DNA from: Utricularia gibba
Lineage: Eukaryota > Plantae > Magnoliophyta
Length of the DNA: 64,000 nt
Assembly: GCA_002189035.1 (NCBI GenBank)
Contig: NEEC01000002.1
Span: 124,001 to 188,000, forward strand
Reading direction: 5' to 3'
Made by a program: the position numbers and the translations under genes. Positions 22,457-34,400 of the stretch are shown piece after piece (within the stretch, counting starts at the first letter, position 1; each line of letters opens with the position of its first letter). Under the pieces are notes generated by a model. The model did not search any database, was not told the DNA's origin, and worked only from the letters and a program-made list of their open reading frames with translations.

Positions 22457-25194
22457 ATGGCGGCCTCAAGGTCGATTCCTTGCATCTGCTCTCTTGTCTT
22501 CGTTTCGGTTATCACTGGGGCATATTCTCAACCACCTTACCAGCAGAACAGTCAAGCACTCTACCCCTTCCTTCATCGGCCACCTCCACCGACAGTGCCT
22601 CCGCCGCCCCCGACAGCGCTTCCGCCGCCCCGACAGTGCCTCCGCCGCCCCCGAGAGTGATTGTGGCTGTCGCGGTGACATCTGCTTCCACTTTGGTTTT
22701 ATCTGGGGCTCTGTTCCTTTTGTTTCTGCGGTTCTGCAGATTCGAGCGACAGAGGGTTGCTAGTTTACCTTCAGATGAAGAGGGGAAAAGGGTGTTGCCT
22801 CTGAATGATGTTTTTGTTCGTAAGAACTGGGATTTGAAGGGGGTGATTGTGGATGAGAATGGAGTGAATATGGTGTATTGGAGGATTTTGGAAAACGGTG
22901 GAAGTGGGCTAAGCTTCAAGAAACAGATTTATAGAAGCTCAGAGGAAGACCAGAGAACAACGGCGACTAGCCCAGAATCAACACCGTCGAATCAAGAACA
23001 CCCTCTTCTCCGGAGCATGTCTTCTACTTCTGAAGCTAAGGTGTTTCCCGAAACAGAAACGTCTGAAAATGTTTCGCGACATACACCGCCGACACCCATC
23101 AAACGACCTGTTCCACTGCCGTTTCCATTTTCATCGCAGTCTTCGCTGGCTGCAGCCGCTCCTCCTCCACCGCCACCACCCATCAAACGTCCTTCTGCTC
23201 CGCCATTTCCATCATTATTGGACTCTTCGCTGGCTGCAGCCGCTACTCCTCCACCGCCAACACCCATCAGACGTCCTTCTGCTCCGCCATTTCCATCATT
23301 ATTGAACTCTTCGCTGGCTGCAGCCGCTCCTCCTCCACCGCCAACACCCATCAGATGTCCTTCTGCTCCGCCATTTCCATCATTATTGAACTCTTCGCTG
23401 GCTGCAGCCGCTCCTCCTCCACCGCCAACACCCATCAGACGTCCTTCTGCTCCGCCATTTCCATCATTATTGGACTCTTCGCTGGCTGCAGCCGCTCCAC
23501 CTCCACCTCCCATCAAACATCCTTCTGCACCGCCGTCTTCATCATTATCGCGCTCTTCGCTGGCTGCAGTTGCTCCTCCTCCTCCACCACCACCACCCAT
23601 CAAACGTCCTGCTCCAACGCCATCTCCATCATCATTGCACTCTTCGCTGATCGCAGCGGCTCCACCTCCACCGCCATTACCCGTCAAACGTCCTGCTCCA
23701 CCGCCCCCACGGCCAACTCAATCTTCACTGGCTGCAGGGGCTCCTCCCCTACCGTTGCCGCCCAGCAGACGCCCTGTTCCACCGATGGCCCCTCAGCCAA
23801 AAGTTAATGCTTCAGCGTCATCTTCTTCTCCCGGAGAATCGACGCCGACAAACAGACCTGGGGAAATCAAACTGAAGCCTCTGCACTGGGAAAAGGTGAA
23901 TCCAAATCCTGATCACTCCATGGTGTGGGATAATGTTGTCAAGGGCTCTTTCAGGTATTCACCCATTCTAGATACAATCCTTTCTTCAGTGTTGGACTTC
24001 TACATGGTTTCATTTGCTGTTTCATTTCTCTGCAGTTTCGATGGTGATCTAATGGAATTGCTGTTCGGATACACAGCCACAAACACCATGAGCAATGACT
24101 TGACATCAACACCCAGACAAGCAAAAACAGAGCCATCTCAGATCTTCATCCTTGATCCTCGTAAATCTCAGAACACAGCTATTGTGCTGAAATCTCTTGG
24201 TGCCACATGTGATGAAATCATGGATTCACTCATTGAAGGGCAAGGCCTGCATGCTGACATCATTGAAAAACTTGCAAAAATCGCTCCAACCCAAGAAGAA
24301 ACATCTAAACTTCTTGCATTTGATGGAGATCCCACTAAACTTGCTGATGCTGAATCATTCCTGTACCAGCTCCTGAAAGCAGTACCCTCCGCCTTTATCC
24401 GTTCCAAGGCTATGCTCTTCAGGGCATCATATGATGCCGAGGTTTCTCATGCCAGAGAATCTTTGGAGTCTCTTGAGTCTGCCTGCAAGGAACTTAGAAC
24501 TCGTGGATTGTTCTTGAAGCTTCTCGAAGCTGTTCTCAAGACAGGAAACAGATTGAACGCGGGTACATGGAGAGGAAATGCGGAGGCCTTTAACCTCAAT
24601 GCTCTGAAAAAACTAGCTGATGTAAAAAGTTCTGATGGAAAGACCACACTCCTGCAGTTTGTTGTCCAAGAAGTAGTTCGTACAGAGGGAAAACGCTGCC
24701 TGATGAACAGAACACAGAGCTTGCAGAAGGGAGACGCAGAAAGAGAATATATGATCCATGGCTTGCCCATTGTCGGTGGTTTGAGTTCAGAATTCTCAAA
24801 CGTGAAAAAGGCAGCACCTTTGGACAGGGATTCTCTTCTCAAAACGATATCATCCTTGGAAACCCAGATTTCTGAATTTAGAAAAAGGGTGGAGAAATGC
24901 GGAACCCAGGGAGGATTTGCGAACAGAATGAAGCGTTTTCTTGAAACTGCGGAATTGGAGATGCAGGCGGTTAAAGAAGAGCAAACTCGAGTAATGGAGC
25001 TGGTGAAGAAAACAACGAATTACTATCACGCTGGATCACAGAGACATGATGAGACGAATCCATTTCAGTTGTTTGTGATCATAAGAGATTTCTTGGTGAT
25101 GGTAGATCGGGTATGCATTGAAATTACCCGAAGCGTGCAGAGACGAAGGACGGTAGCTCATTTCCTCCCGGAAGACGGTCGCCGAGGATCTTAG
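22457..25194 (+). CDS. Class I formin (signal peptide, TM, FH1, FH2; AtFH4/FH8-like); intron 23955-24035; apparent frameshift at ~22570
   Basis: FH2 start KLKPLHWEKVNPNPDHSMVWD.....GSF.FDGDLME.LFGY, KTGNRLNAGT.RGNA.AF.L..L.KL.DVKSSDGKTTLL. TM segment VIVAVAVTSASTLVLSGALFLLF. Signal-peptide-like MAASRSIPCICSLVFVSVITGAYSQ is in a neighbouring frame. Confidence 0.93.
23085..23790 (+). repeat. Coding minisatellite: about 9 copies of an ~84-bp (27-29 aa) unit forming the formin FH1 domain
   Basis: ccaacacccatcag recurs at 23257, 23341 and 23425; unit AAAAPPPPPTPIRRPSAPPFPSLLDSSL. Confidence 0.95.
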
Positions 25195-26333
25195 GAGGAG
25201 TCCCAATCCTCGGAGAGCAGTTTCCGTGTCTCATACTCAGAGTTCATAATGTAAAGACGGGGAAAGCCGGCAGGGTCGAATTGATGCGGATCAATGCCTG
25301 CCTTTGTACAGATCTTATAGGCAAACAAGAATTGCAAACATGTAGTGAGGAATAAGAACATTCATTTGCTCACAGGCGAAACACGATCAGAAATACATCT
25401 TGTTTTTTCGATAAGAGAGGCAACTGTGGAGCTTTTTTATAAAGTTCACACAAGCATCACCTGAGAATAGGGCGATGGGCCAAGGTGATCGATCAGGTTC
25501 TTGTCTACGCAAAAACTAGTCCACCCTCATTCTGGTATCCTACCAAGGAAGTCCCAGCTTTGCCGCCAAAAACCTGCAACTCTGGAGCTTTTTTATAAAA
25601 AATCTTTACCTGTTCCATAGCGGTTGGCCTAGTTTCAGCCCAGGAATTGGATTTATTTCAACAAAATTTTCCAGCACAGAAAGATCGCAAGAAAAAGAAA
25701 TGATGACATTTCAGAAAGCTGTACCCTTTCGTAACATAACTATCGAGAATGCGAAAGAATAATGAAATTAGGTCAAAGAAGATGAGATGCAACCCGCAGA
25801 AGAAACCATCGGTAATAAGAAGCCCATACCATACCTTTCCTTCCCTTGTACTATAGCAGGGATATATGGATTGCGGGGGTCGATGGAGGTCCGCAGCCAT
25901 CAGAGGCTTCGCCAGATGGGATCGCCGGAACCACGATCCTACCGTGAACGGAGGTGAAGGTGGGCCCGTGCCGGAACCAATATGGACCCCATTATAAAGC
26001 TCCTTTTTAAAAAATAATAATAATGAGATGGATACATTAATTTTTTCATTGGTAAAAAGATATTCAGACATCCTGCAAAAAAGTCGTGCTGGCGAGCGAG
26101 ATCAATAATATATATATTATTATTCAGGGATAGCTCTAATATATTATTACTATAATTATTATATTATATTGATTACCGACTGGATAGCTGCTGCCTCCCA
26201 TTAAATAATAATAAATGCAAAATCAGATGAAATTCAGGAGTCCGTGGAATTTGATTTACAGCGCGGCATAAATCAAAGAATGCAGTAAAAAAGAACAAAA
26301 CAAAACAAAAGACGGAGCCCCGTGATCCTGCGC

Positions 26334-27445
26334 TTACCATAGGTAAAACCCGGAGGCTGTGACGTGCTGTTGTACTCTTCGCTGGAAGGCTTGTACGCTG
26401 CTCTCCTGCCCCTTGAACAAATCGTAGGGCTCCCAGAGGTGATCTAAGGGGCACGGCCGCCGCTCGTCCAGCCTCACCCAGGGCTTCCCCTTCCCGCTCC
26501 AGTGCATCAGGCTCACCGGACCGGGATGCAGCGGCCTACACGACCCCGCCACGTTGTCCCCTCCCAGCCCGTGCTGATTCCACCGGTGATCTATCGGCTC
26601 CACGTTGCCTCCGAAGACCAGGAGGAATGGCGGCAGGGAACCCAGTTCGTAGATGCGGTTCTTTCTCTGAAGCTCCATCCACCTCTCCAGATCGTCCCGG
26701 AAATTCCCCTCCCTCCATCGCCTCAGATCCATCACCATCACCCCTGTGTTGAAGTAGCAGGGTTTGCGAGATCCGAACGACAGGTGTAATTCCGGGTCGG
26801 ACCAGAATCTCGCCGTGAAGTATTTGGTGAAATTGGCGTGACAGTATTCCGGAGCTCCGATCACTCTCCCCGACTGCAGCTTCACCTCCCAGAGCTTGGC
26901 GATGTCGTCGACCAACACCAGATCCGAATCCAGATAAATGACCCGGTCAACGCAGGGGTCGAGGATGTCGCCGAGGTAATTCCGTGCGTAGTTCAACGGA
27001 TTCTCCAAGGCGACCGGATGGAGGAGGAGATGAGGTTTATGACACGGTCCTCGCGGAAAATGTAGACCTTGAAGCTGAGGGATGGGAAAACGGATCTCAC
27101 CAGTTGGGTGAGGACACGCGGACTCTCCGGGTTGAACTCCGCCGCGATGAAGTGAAAGAAAACGCGTTCGGGGCAGGAGGCGTGGCGCAGGACGGAGTGG
27201 ACCGCCGCGACGGAGCCGCGCAGGTACTCGGAATCCAGCGTCATGGCGACGTGAACCGTCGCCGGGTCACACGACGTAACCGGGGCGTTGCTTGGAATCC
27301 TGGGACATCCGACGCCGTCCCGGTACTCGGGCGCCTCTGTGAAGCCCGAGTAGCCCCGGGCATCCCCCGGAAAAGAGCGAATGGCGTGACCGCAGGCTAC
27401 AAGAAGCAGAAGAAGAAGCAGAGAAGCAAACGCGAAAGGGCCCAT
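26334..27445 (-). CDS. GATL: Galacturonosyltransferase-like protein (GT8, GATL8/9-like), intronless; apparent frameshift at ~27010
   Basis: [41 protein letters not shown], DxD motif [28 protein letters not shown]. The two track ORFs join as IRS[A]LENP. Confidence 0.93.
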
Positions 27446-28261
27446 GACGCTATCGGAACCACCAATGGGCCCTCCTCCCTTCCGCCGCCCTCACTCCTCA
27501 CATACGACGGATTCCTTGTTACAGGTAGCTGTAAAAGCGGAGGAGAGAGCCGGTGGAGCACTGCATTCGGACAAGCACTCATCTCGCGGAGCTGCTATTT
27601 ATGTTTCCACGCGCAGATGCAGACAGAAGGAAGCATTGTTTACAGACGCGTGAAAGCTGGGATTTTGTTTGAATGAGTTTCTTTTTCATTTAATGAACAA
27701 AATAATTAATTACATTCACAGTCCCGACCCGCCCCGCCCCGCCCCGGCCCACTTCCTCCCATTAAAAAAACCCTCTGCTTCCTATTTATTTATTGTCGGT
27801 TTTGTATTAATTATTACATGGTACGATGTACTTGTCCGCATTGCAACCCACTGCAAAGGGAAAATTTTTCTTTTTGTATTCAAAATTTGATTTTCTTTTT
27901 TCGTGTGTATAATATAATCCGAATTAGGGCAATCCCAATTTATTTTTTAGTAACAAAACGACAAGGGAAAAGAGTTGTACAGCTGGAGGCCAACAATGGC
28001 AGACGGAAGCCCGAGGAGAGGAGGAGGCCGGCAGGCATAATTATGGCGGCCCCGGCCCCGTCCAGATCAGCGGTCAGTTTTTAATATTGACGGCTCCCTG
28101 CAACCGTCACCATCCGGCCACGTGGCCCTCTCTTTCTTCTTCCGCTGCCCCTACGGCCAATAATGAAAAATTACTATGATACGGCCGCCGGGAGAGTGGA
28201 GTTTCCGGTCGCTGTTATCGATCAATGATCGGTGTAATGCTACCCTCAAGATTCGTAACTG

Positions 28262-30730
28262 TCACCAATAATCGCCGCAGGAGCATGAGCCCTGGCGAAA
28301 GAGATGAAACCTGTTTGAATCCCTCACGATGATCTCCCTTCCTGTGTATTCTGATATCAGCTTTGTCAACGAATGACAGTCTCCACAAATGCGCAGATTC
28401 TTGTAGATCCGGATGGTCGTTTTCGAGGGACTGTTCAGGATTCCGTACATGATCGCTAGCCTCTCGCTGTGGCTCGTGAGTATGCTCTCTTTCTCGTCGT
28501 CCTCCACGTCCTGCAGGACGAAGCTGTGGTCCGGTGTGTACCCCAGAGACTTGAGCTTCGCGGTTAGACCAGCCAGCTCCTTGTATATCACTTCACTCTG
28601 GGGATGACTCTGGTTGCCGGTGTAGAAAACTTCAACCCTGTTGTTCATTTCAACTGAACTCCAGCCGGGAGTCTTGGACAAGCCCCTCTCTCTGGCTAAA
28701 GATCTCACCTCATCTGAACCATCCCACCGCCGGAAGTTGGCGTAGAGATTCGAGAGCAGAACATAATATCCGACATTCTCTGGATCAAGACTGAAAAGGG
28801 TAGCCGAGGCCTTTCTTCCCAGTTCTACATTTCCATGGATTCTACACGCACCAAGAAGAGCACCCCACACGGTGGCATCTGGCTTCAGGGGCATCCTGAT
28901 GATAAAATCATATGCAGTTTCGAGTTGCCCGGCTCGACCAAACAAGTCCACCATGCAGCCATAGTGCTTCACTGTAGGCCTGATTCCGAAGTCTTTTTCC
29001 ATCATCTGGAAATATGCTCTTCCCTGATCAACCAAACCAGAATGACTGCAAGCAGTTAACAACGACAGAAAGGTTACTTGGTCTGGAACCACTTCTTCAT
29101 TCAACATATCGTTGAAAAGCTGAATTGACGTCTCTCCGAGGCCATGGAGTCCATGGCACGATATGATGGCATTCCATGGAACAGAGGTATCCCTAGGTAC
29201 CTCAGAGAACAATAACAATGCCTCATCAAGTCTCCCACATTTCCCGTACAGATCAATAAGGCAAGTGCCTACAAACACATCCAGGTCCAAGCACTCTTTG
29301 AGAGCTTGACAGTGAATCCTTGTGCCATCTCTCAGGTCACCCAGATGGGCACAGGCGGGCAAAACTGAGACCCAAGTTCCCTGGTTACGTGCAACGCCAC
29401 CGACATCCATCATTTTGTTGTATAGTTCTACAGCCTGGGCAGCAAAGCCATTTTGAGCATGCCCGCTAATGATCGTGTTCCAGGAGATGACATCCTTGTG
29501 AGCAAGTTCATCAAAAACCTTCTTAGCAGAGTCAATCATGCATAATTTAGCATACATGTCAACCACTGCATTTCCAATGACAGGGTCGTCGTCCATAACC
29601 CAATGCCTTCTGGTAATGAATCCATGAGCAGATTTGGCTGAGAGAATATCCTTCGTCTGAGCAAAACTACTACATAAACTAACCAGAGTCAGAGAATCTG
29701 GTTGAATTCTGTGGGATTGCATCAGAGTGAAAAGCTCCTGCACATCATACGGACGGTTGTTTTGCTCAAAAGCTGCAAGTATCGAATTCCATGACACTAA
29801 ATCTCTATGATCCATGCTGTTAAACACGTTTAGTGCACATTCTAATTCTCCAATCTTGGCATACATGTTGATCAAAGCATTTGAAACAAATACATTGAAT
29901 TCCAAACCACGCTTAATTGCATACAAGTGGATCAGTAATCCGAGCAGCATATAATTCATTTGGGCACATACAGAAAGGATGGTGGAAACAGTCATGGAAT
30001 CCATGTCTACGCCCTCCATTTTCATATATTCCAAAATGTGCAACGCCTCCTTTCCACTACCATTAAGGCAAAATCCAGAAATCACAGCATTCCAACATCC
30101 CATATCACGGCATGGCATGTCCTTAAAAATTATAAAAGCTCTATCAGCATGGCCTAACCGGCAATACATGTGCACCAAAGAAGCAGCAACATACACATCC
30201 CACTGAAATCCTAATTTCAAAATCCAACCATGGAACCTTGATCCATCTTGCAAAGATCTACTCGCTTTTAAAACTGTGGGAAACGTATGAAGATCGGGTC
30301 TCACATCCGACATAGCGAGCATTTCAAGTACACACTTTACTGCCTTACGAAATTGTCTATTCCGAACATAAGCTGATACCATGGAGTTCCATGTATATGC
30401 ATCTTTCCCTGAAATTTGATAGAAAGTTATTTGAGACGTGGTAAGATCACCAAGATGGGCGTACAAGTTGACAAGCCTCGTGCAAATAAACCTGCTCTGC
30501 GCCGTCCCTGTAACTATAAGAAGAGTGTGAACACGTTTCACACTCTCCGGTGTAGTGCACGCGTTGAATAAAACCTCGATGTCGATCACACTGGTACCTC
30601 CATAGGAACCAGTCGACAAATCGCTGATGAACTTCCCACTGTTCGAGCGTAAGCAACCTCTTGAGATAAGCACAGACATGCGAAAGGGCCCATCTTTGTA
30701 GATGGGCAGCAATCTACATATGGGAAACAT
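28262..30730 (-). CDS. PLS-class pentatricopeptide repeat protein with E/DYW domain (At4g33990/EMB2758-like), intronless
   Basis: 822-aa ORF with PLS repeats, PGWS E-box, HSERLA, CGDCH zinc motif and terminal CSCGDYW. Confidence 0.95.
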   Translation of the reverse strand: MFPICRLLPIYKDGPFRMSVLISRGCLRSNSGKFISDLSTGSYGGTSVIDIEVLFNACTTPESVKRVHTLLIVTGTAQSRFICTRLVNLYAHLGDLTTSQITFYQISGKDAYTWNSMVSAYVRNRQFRKAVKCVLEMLAMSDVRPDLHTFPTVLKASRSLQDGSRFHGWILKLGFQWDVYVAASLVHMYCRLGHADRAFIIFKDMPCRDMGCWNAVISGFCLNGSGKEALHILEYMKMEGVDMDSMTVSTILSVCAQMNYMLLGLLIHLYAIKRGLEFNVFVSNALINMYAKIGELECALNVFNSMDHRDLVSWNSILAAFEQNNRPYDVQELFTLMQSHRIQPDSLTLVSLCSSFAQTKDILSAKSAHGFITRRHWVMDDDPVIGNAVVDMYAKLCMIDSAKKVFDELAHKDVISWNTIISGHAQNGFAAQAVELYNKMMDVGGVARNQGTWVSVLPACAHLGDLRDGTRIHCQALKECLDLDVFVGTCLIDLYGKCGRLDEALLLFSEVPRDTSVPWNAIISCHGLHGLGETSIQLFNDMLNEEVVPDQVTFLSLLTACSHSGLVDQGRAYFQMMEKDFGIRPTVKHYGCMVDLFGRAGQLETAYDFIIRMPLKPDATVWGALLGACRIHGNVELGRKASATLFSLDPENVGYYVLLSNLYANFRRWDGSDEVRSLARERGLSKTPGWSSVEMNNRVEVFYTGNQSHPQSEVIYKELAGLTAKLKSLGYTPDHSFVLQDVEDDEKESILTSHSERLAIMYGILNSPSKTTIRIYKNLRICGDCHSLTKLISEYTGREIIVRDSNRFHLFRQGSCSCGDYW

Positions 30731-31458
30731 GGGACATCAAGAGTTGCAGATACATTTCCATAACACATAAAGAGGCAGCGGAAAGGGGATTACCTTAACA
30801 TTCATGAACGATGAAATGCAATACAATCGGAAGTGAAGTTCGTACTGATGAACCGCCGCGCAGTGACAAGAGTCCCACTTTCGCTCCCCAGAAACGATAC
30901 GGTGCAGACGTCTAAACCCTCGCAACCTAAGTAATCCAACACTCCTTTCGGTGATTAGAGCGGCCCGATTTCAACAGAATTTCACACAGAGCGAGGTGTG
31001 GTTGTCGGGTTTGTTTCCGCAGGCAACCCACATCAAATCGAGAGTTTCAATTGTTCCGACACGCTTTGCGATTTCGCCGACTGTAATAAGTATCGTGGTT
31101 TCACACCCAGATTGGAATTGGCCCTTTTGTCATTAGTCAGAGGGCGGGAATTTGGTCTCCCGAGTAGGCTGCGCAGAAACACAATACCAATAGAATACAA
31201 ATAATATGCATTTGCTGCCCAAAAATCCGGCATCTCCAGCTCTTCCAACGCTGAGGAGAACATGCAAGATCTCTGTTTTCACTCCACTAGAACGGGCTCT
31301 TCTTCTACAGCTCGCTCTAGTCTAACTAACAATCCACATTGTGCCTACGCATTATCCCCCCGAGAACCCACATTTCCTTCCTCGTATGAATCACTGGTAT
31401 CTTGGTTGCTGATGGCTGCGCCGAAAAAAAAAAATGAAATCCTTGCTGTGGGGAAGGA

Positions 31459-34400
31459 TCAAGGCGCGCCCAAAGGCAACTTTATTCGTTTGAGCTGCTT
31501 GGTTGAACTCAAGCAGCGATTCTCATGACCCCTCTTCCTTTTTTCTATTCGACATAGAATGTCTGCAGTGTCTGGTGCATACGAGATCTGTGAATTCACG
31601 TCAACAAGAGCTTTTTGAGAACATTCAAGCACTCGGCAACAGTACACGGTTTTTGAAAGTTACCTTCTTTTCGATGCAGTTGATCTTCATCTCGAGGTTG
31701 TTCATGATGACAAGACCCTCCATGGCCTCCATCTCATCTCCACGGAAAAGCCTTCTTTTGAGCCTGCACGACGAATTTCGTTCTGAACAAACTACTCGAA
31801 CTGAAAATTTTTCAAAATGCACATGTAGTTAGTTACACCGCACCTTTTCATGTACATCCCGGTTTTCTCATCTCTGTTGGGTGCAACAGAGAGCAGGTCA
31901 TTGCTTAAATAAGATGCGAAGGCTGGATCCATGGACACAGCAGATGGTTCGATTTTGCCATGCTCATTCCTCATAAGATGTATGGTCATGCGCTTCGCAC
32001 AGGGGAACTGGAGGCAAGTTGAAATTCCAAAATCAAGAGAACACCATTTAAGAAAGAAAAAAACACATCAAGGATAAACAAGAAATCATACGTATTCTAG
32101 TCGATACAAATTATCATCTGGAACAAGAAACCGAGCATTCTCATGGTAAACAGCATCAGTAAATGTTTCAGAATTTCGTGACAATTCATAGTTGTATAGT
32201 TGGAGAAGCTTCATATCGATTTCCTCAGCAGAAATCTTTTGAATCTGCACATCGATATGGAAAAATATTGTCACAACTAGAAAAAATAAGTCTGTGCTAT
32301 AGAAAACAGACCGATAAATTCCAAAATAAATGCTACAATAACCTGTTTGATGAGTTTGTGTATCAGCTTGTCTAAAGTGAAAAGAACATACGACTGAGAA
32401 CCAATGATAGCACGGCAGTTTTCCTCATATTTTACACTATCCAAAGAACCATCCAGAAAACTATGCAGAGCTTCTTTAAATCTGTGATGTCAAGTTCATC
32501 AGCAAAGCCCAAACGAACATATCGCAAGGTTAAAAAAAAATACACCTGGCATATGGATCTTCTGGATGTGTATCACTCAAAACTTTCCATTTATTTCCAG
32601 GAGATGATGAATGCAGCTTGGCAATTAACATCCTCTCATATAACATCTGTGGCAAAAGGGAATCAGGGTGAAAAAGAAATGAAGTGAATGATCTTACAAT
32701 CTACCCGGCTGGTCAGAGTACAAGACTATTTCTGTATTAATATTCAGTATTTAGAATCAAACATGTGTTTTGGTATTTAGCTAGTATCAAACCTACCCTA
32801 TCTACGTTACCTGGTGAAGTCTGAAAAGGAGATAAAATGAATCATTTCCGTAGAAGATTAAACTCTTTTTTTCCATGCGGTCAAATACCCTGGGGCCAGC
32901 CAAGACTATAGGCTTGACAGTTCGTAAGAACTGACCAGGTAACTGTGTAGAACTTTCGGTTTCATGGACATCAATGACACTATCCGCCTCAACTTCAGTC
33001 TCAGCCTTGCTGTTATTTTCATCATCAAGATCATCAGGAGAGCACTCTGCTCCATTCGCAGATTCACTTGCTGAAATATCAGCATTTTCCAAAGCATTGT
33101 CGCTACCAGATGAGCCCTGAGCACTTTCCTCAACATCATCATCGGGATTAGCATCAGTTTCTTCTCCTTCGTTTTCTCCAGAGCTTCGGCCACTCCTGAG
33201 AGGAGTCTGCTCCAATTTTCTATAAATATTCTCTACATTCCTATCCAGAGAAGATTCACCACTTCCCCCTTCACATTTAGAACCAGGCTTTCTTTCTTCC
33301 TGTTTCTGAGCCTTGAGGTCTTTCACCACCATAGCAATCGAGAATGAAATTAGTTTCTGAAACATATACATGAATAGCATTGCAGGGAAAGTTATAAAAT
33401 ACACCTGTTGGTGAGGCTGAAGCAGCACCCCCTATTGTGCTCTCTTCACAAGCAGTACTAGCAATACCTCCACCTACGGTACCAGTCCATTCTCCATGCA
33501 AGAACTTCGTATTCATCATCTTTGAACCACCATTTTGATGTGGAATGCACAAAATATCGCATGCTTCAGGGAGATTACCTGCACCAAGAGAATGACCACC
33601 AATAACCCCATTGTCACTGCATTGAACCACACAAATTCAAGAGGAAAGGACATGCCCATTAAAAAAATTCATCACCTTCATTTCCGGATTTCTCTGATAT
33701 TTTCAAACATGCCGTCTCACCAGTATCATCATCATCATTTTTATGGCCAGAAGAACACACACTTCGAGGCATGCAACTCTTCACTGTTTCATCAACATCG
33801 TTTTCCTCCCCACATGGGGGACGAACATGAAGACCTAGCATTGGCTCAAGGAACAATCGCCAGATAATCATAACTTTGTCACGCTGCTCAGGCGTACACA
33901 CTTTCCTGTAAGTGTGTTTTATGAGCTGATAAAGATCCTCTTGGATGTCTTGATCAGAATACTCAAACTCCAATTCAGGTGTTTTTGGTTGCTTAATCCC
34001 GGCATGCATAAAGAGGGCCATCTCATCTTTATTCAGGTTCTTTTCATTCATTTCTTTGATCTCAGCCAGCAGAGCTAATACGAATAGCATGCATTTGTCA
34101 AGAAGATTTAATTTTCAATGAAAGTAACAGACTGCAAACACGTTTCTATTCCATTAAGTTGAAAATCAGCGGTGACTATCAATACGGTCAGTGAAATGAC
34201 GGAATGCCTAAAGAAGTAGGGGCCTTAAAAGCTTTAAAGGGAGAAAAGTAACTCCACGACGCTGTATCAATGTGAAACAAGAGACAAGTGAATGGACTTA
34301 CAAACATGGCAGCTTTCAAGAATACTGAGCCTGCACAAGCATGCAGTCTCTTTCTAGCCTTTAGCATAAAGAATGCCAAATTTTTCATGCAATTTTATTT

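Noticed and set aside
22466-23807. Long antisense and alternate-frame ORFs over the formin (e.g. 231-aa Gly/Ala-rich 22992-23687)
   Set aside because: Shadow ORFs of the Pro-rich repeat.
25400-26071. 137-aa minus-strand ORF and a possible exon MAADLHRPPQ...GK|gt
   Set aside because: No convincing downstream exon or recognisable homology.
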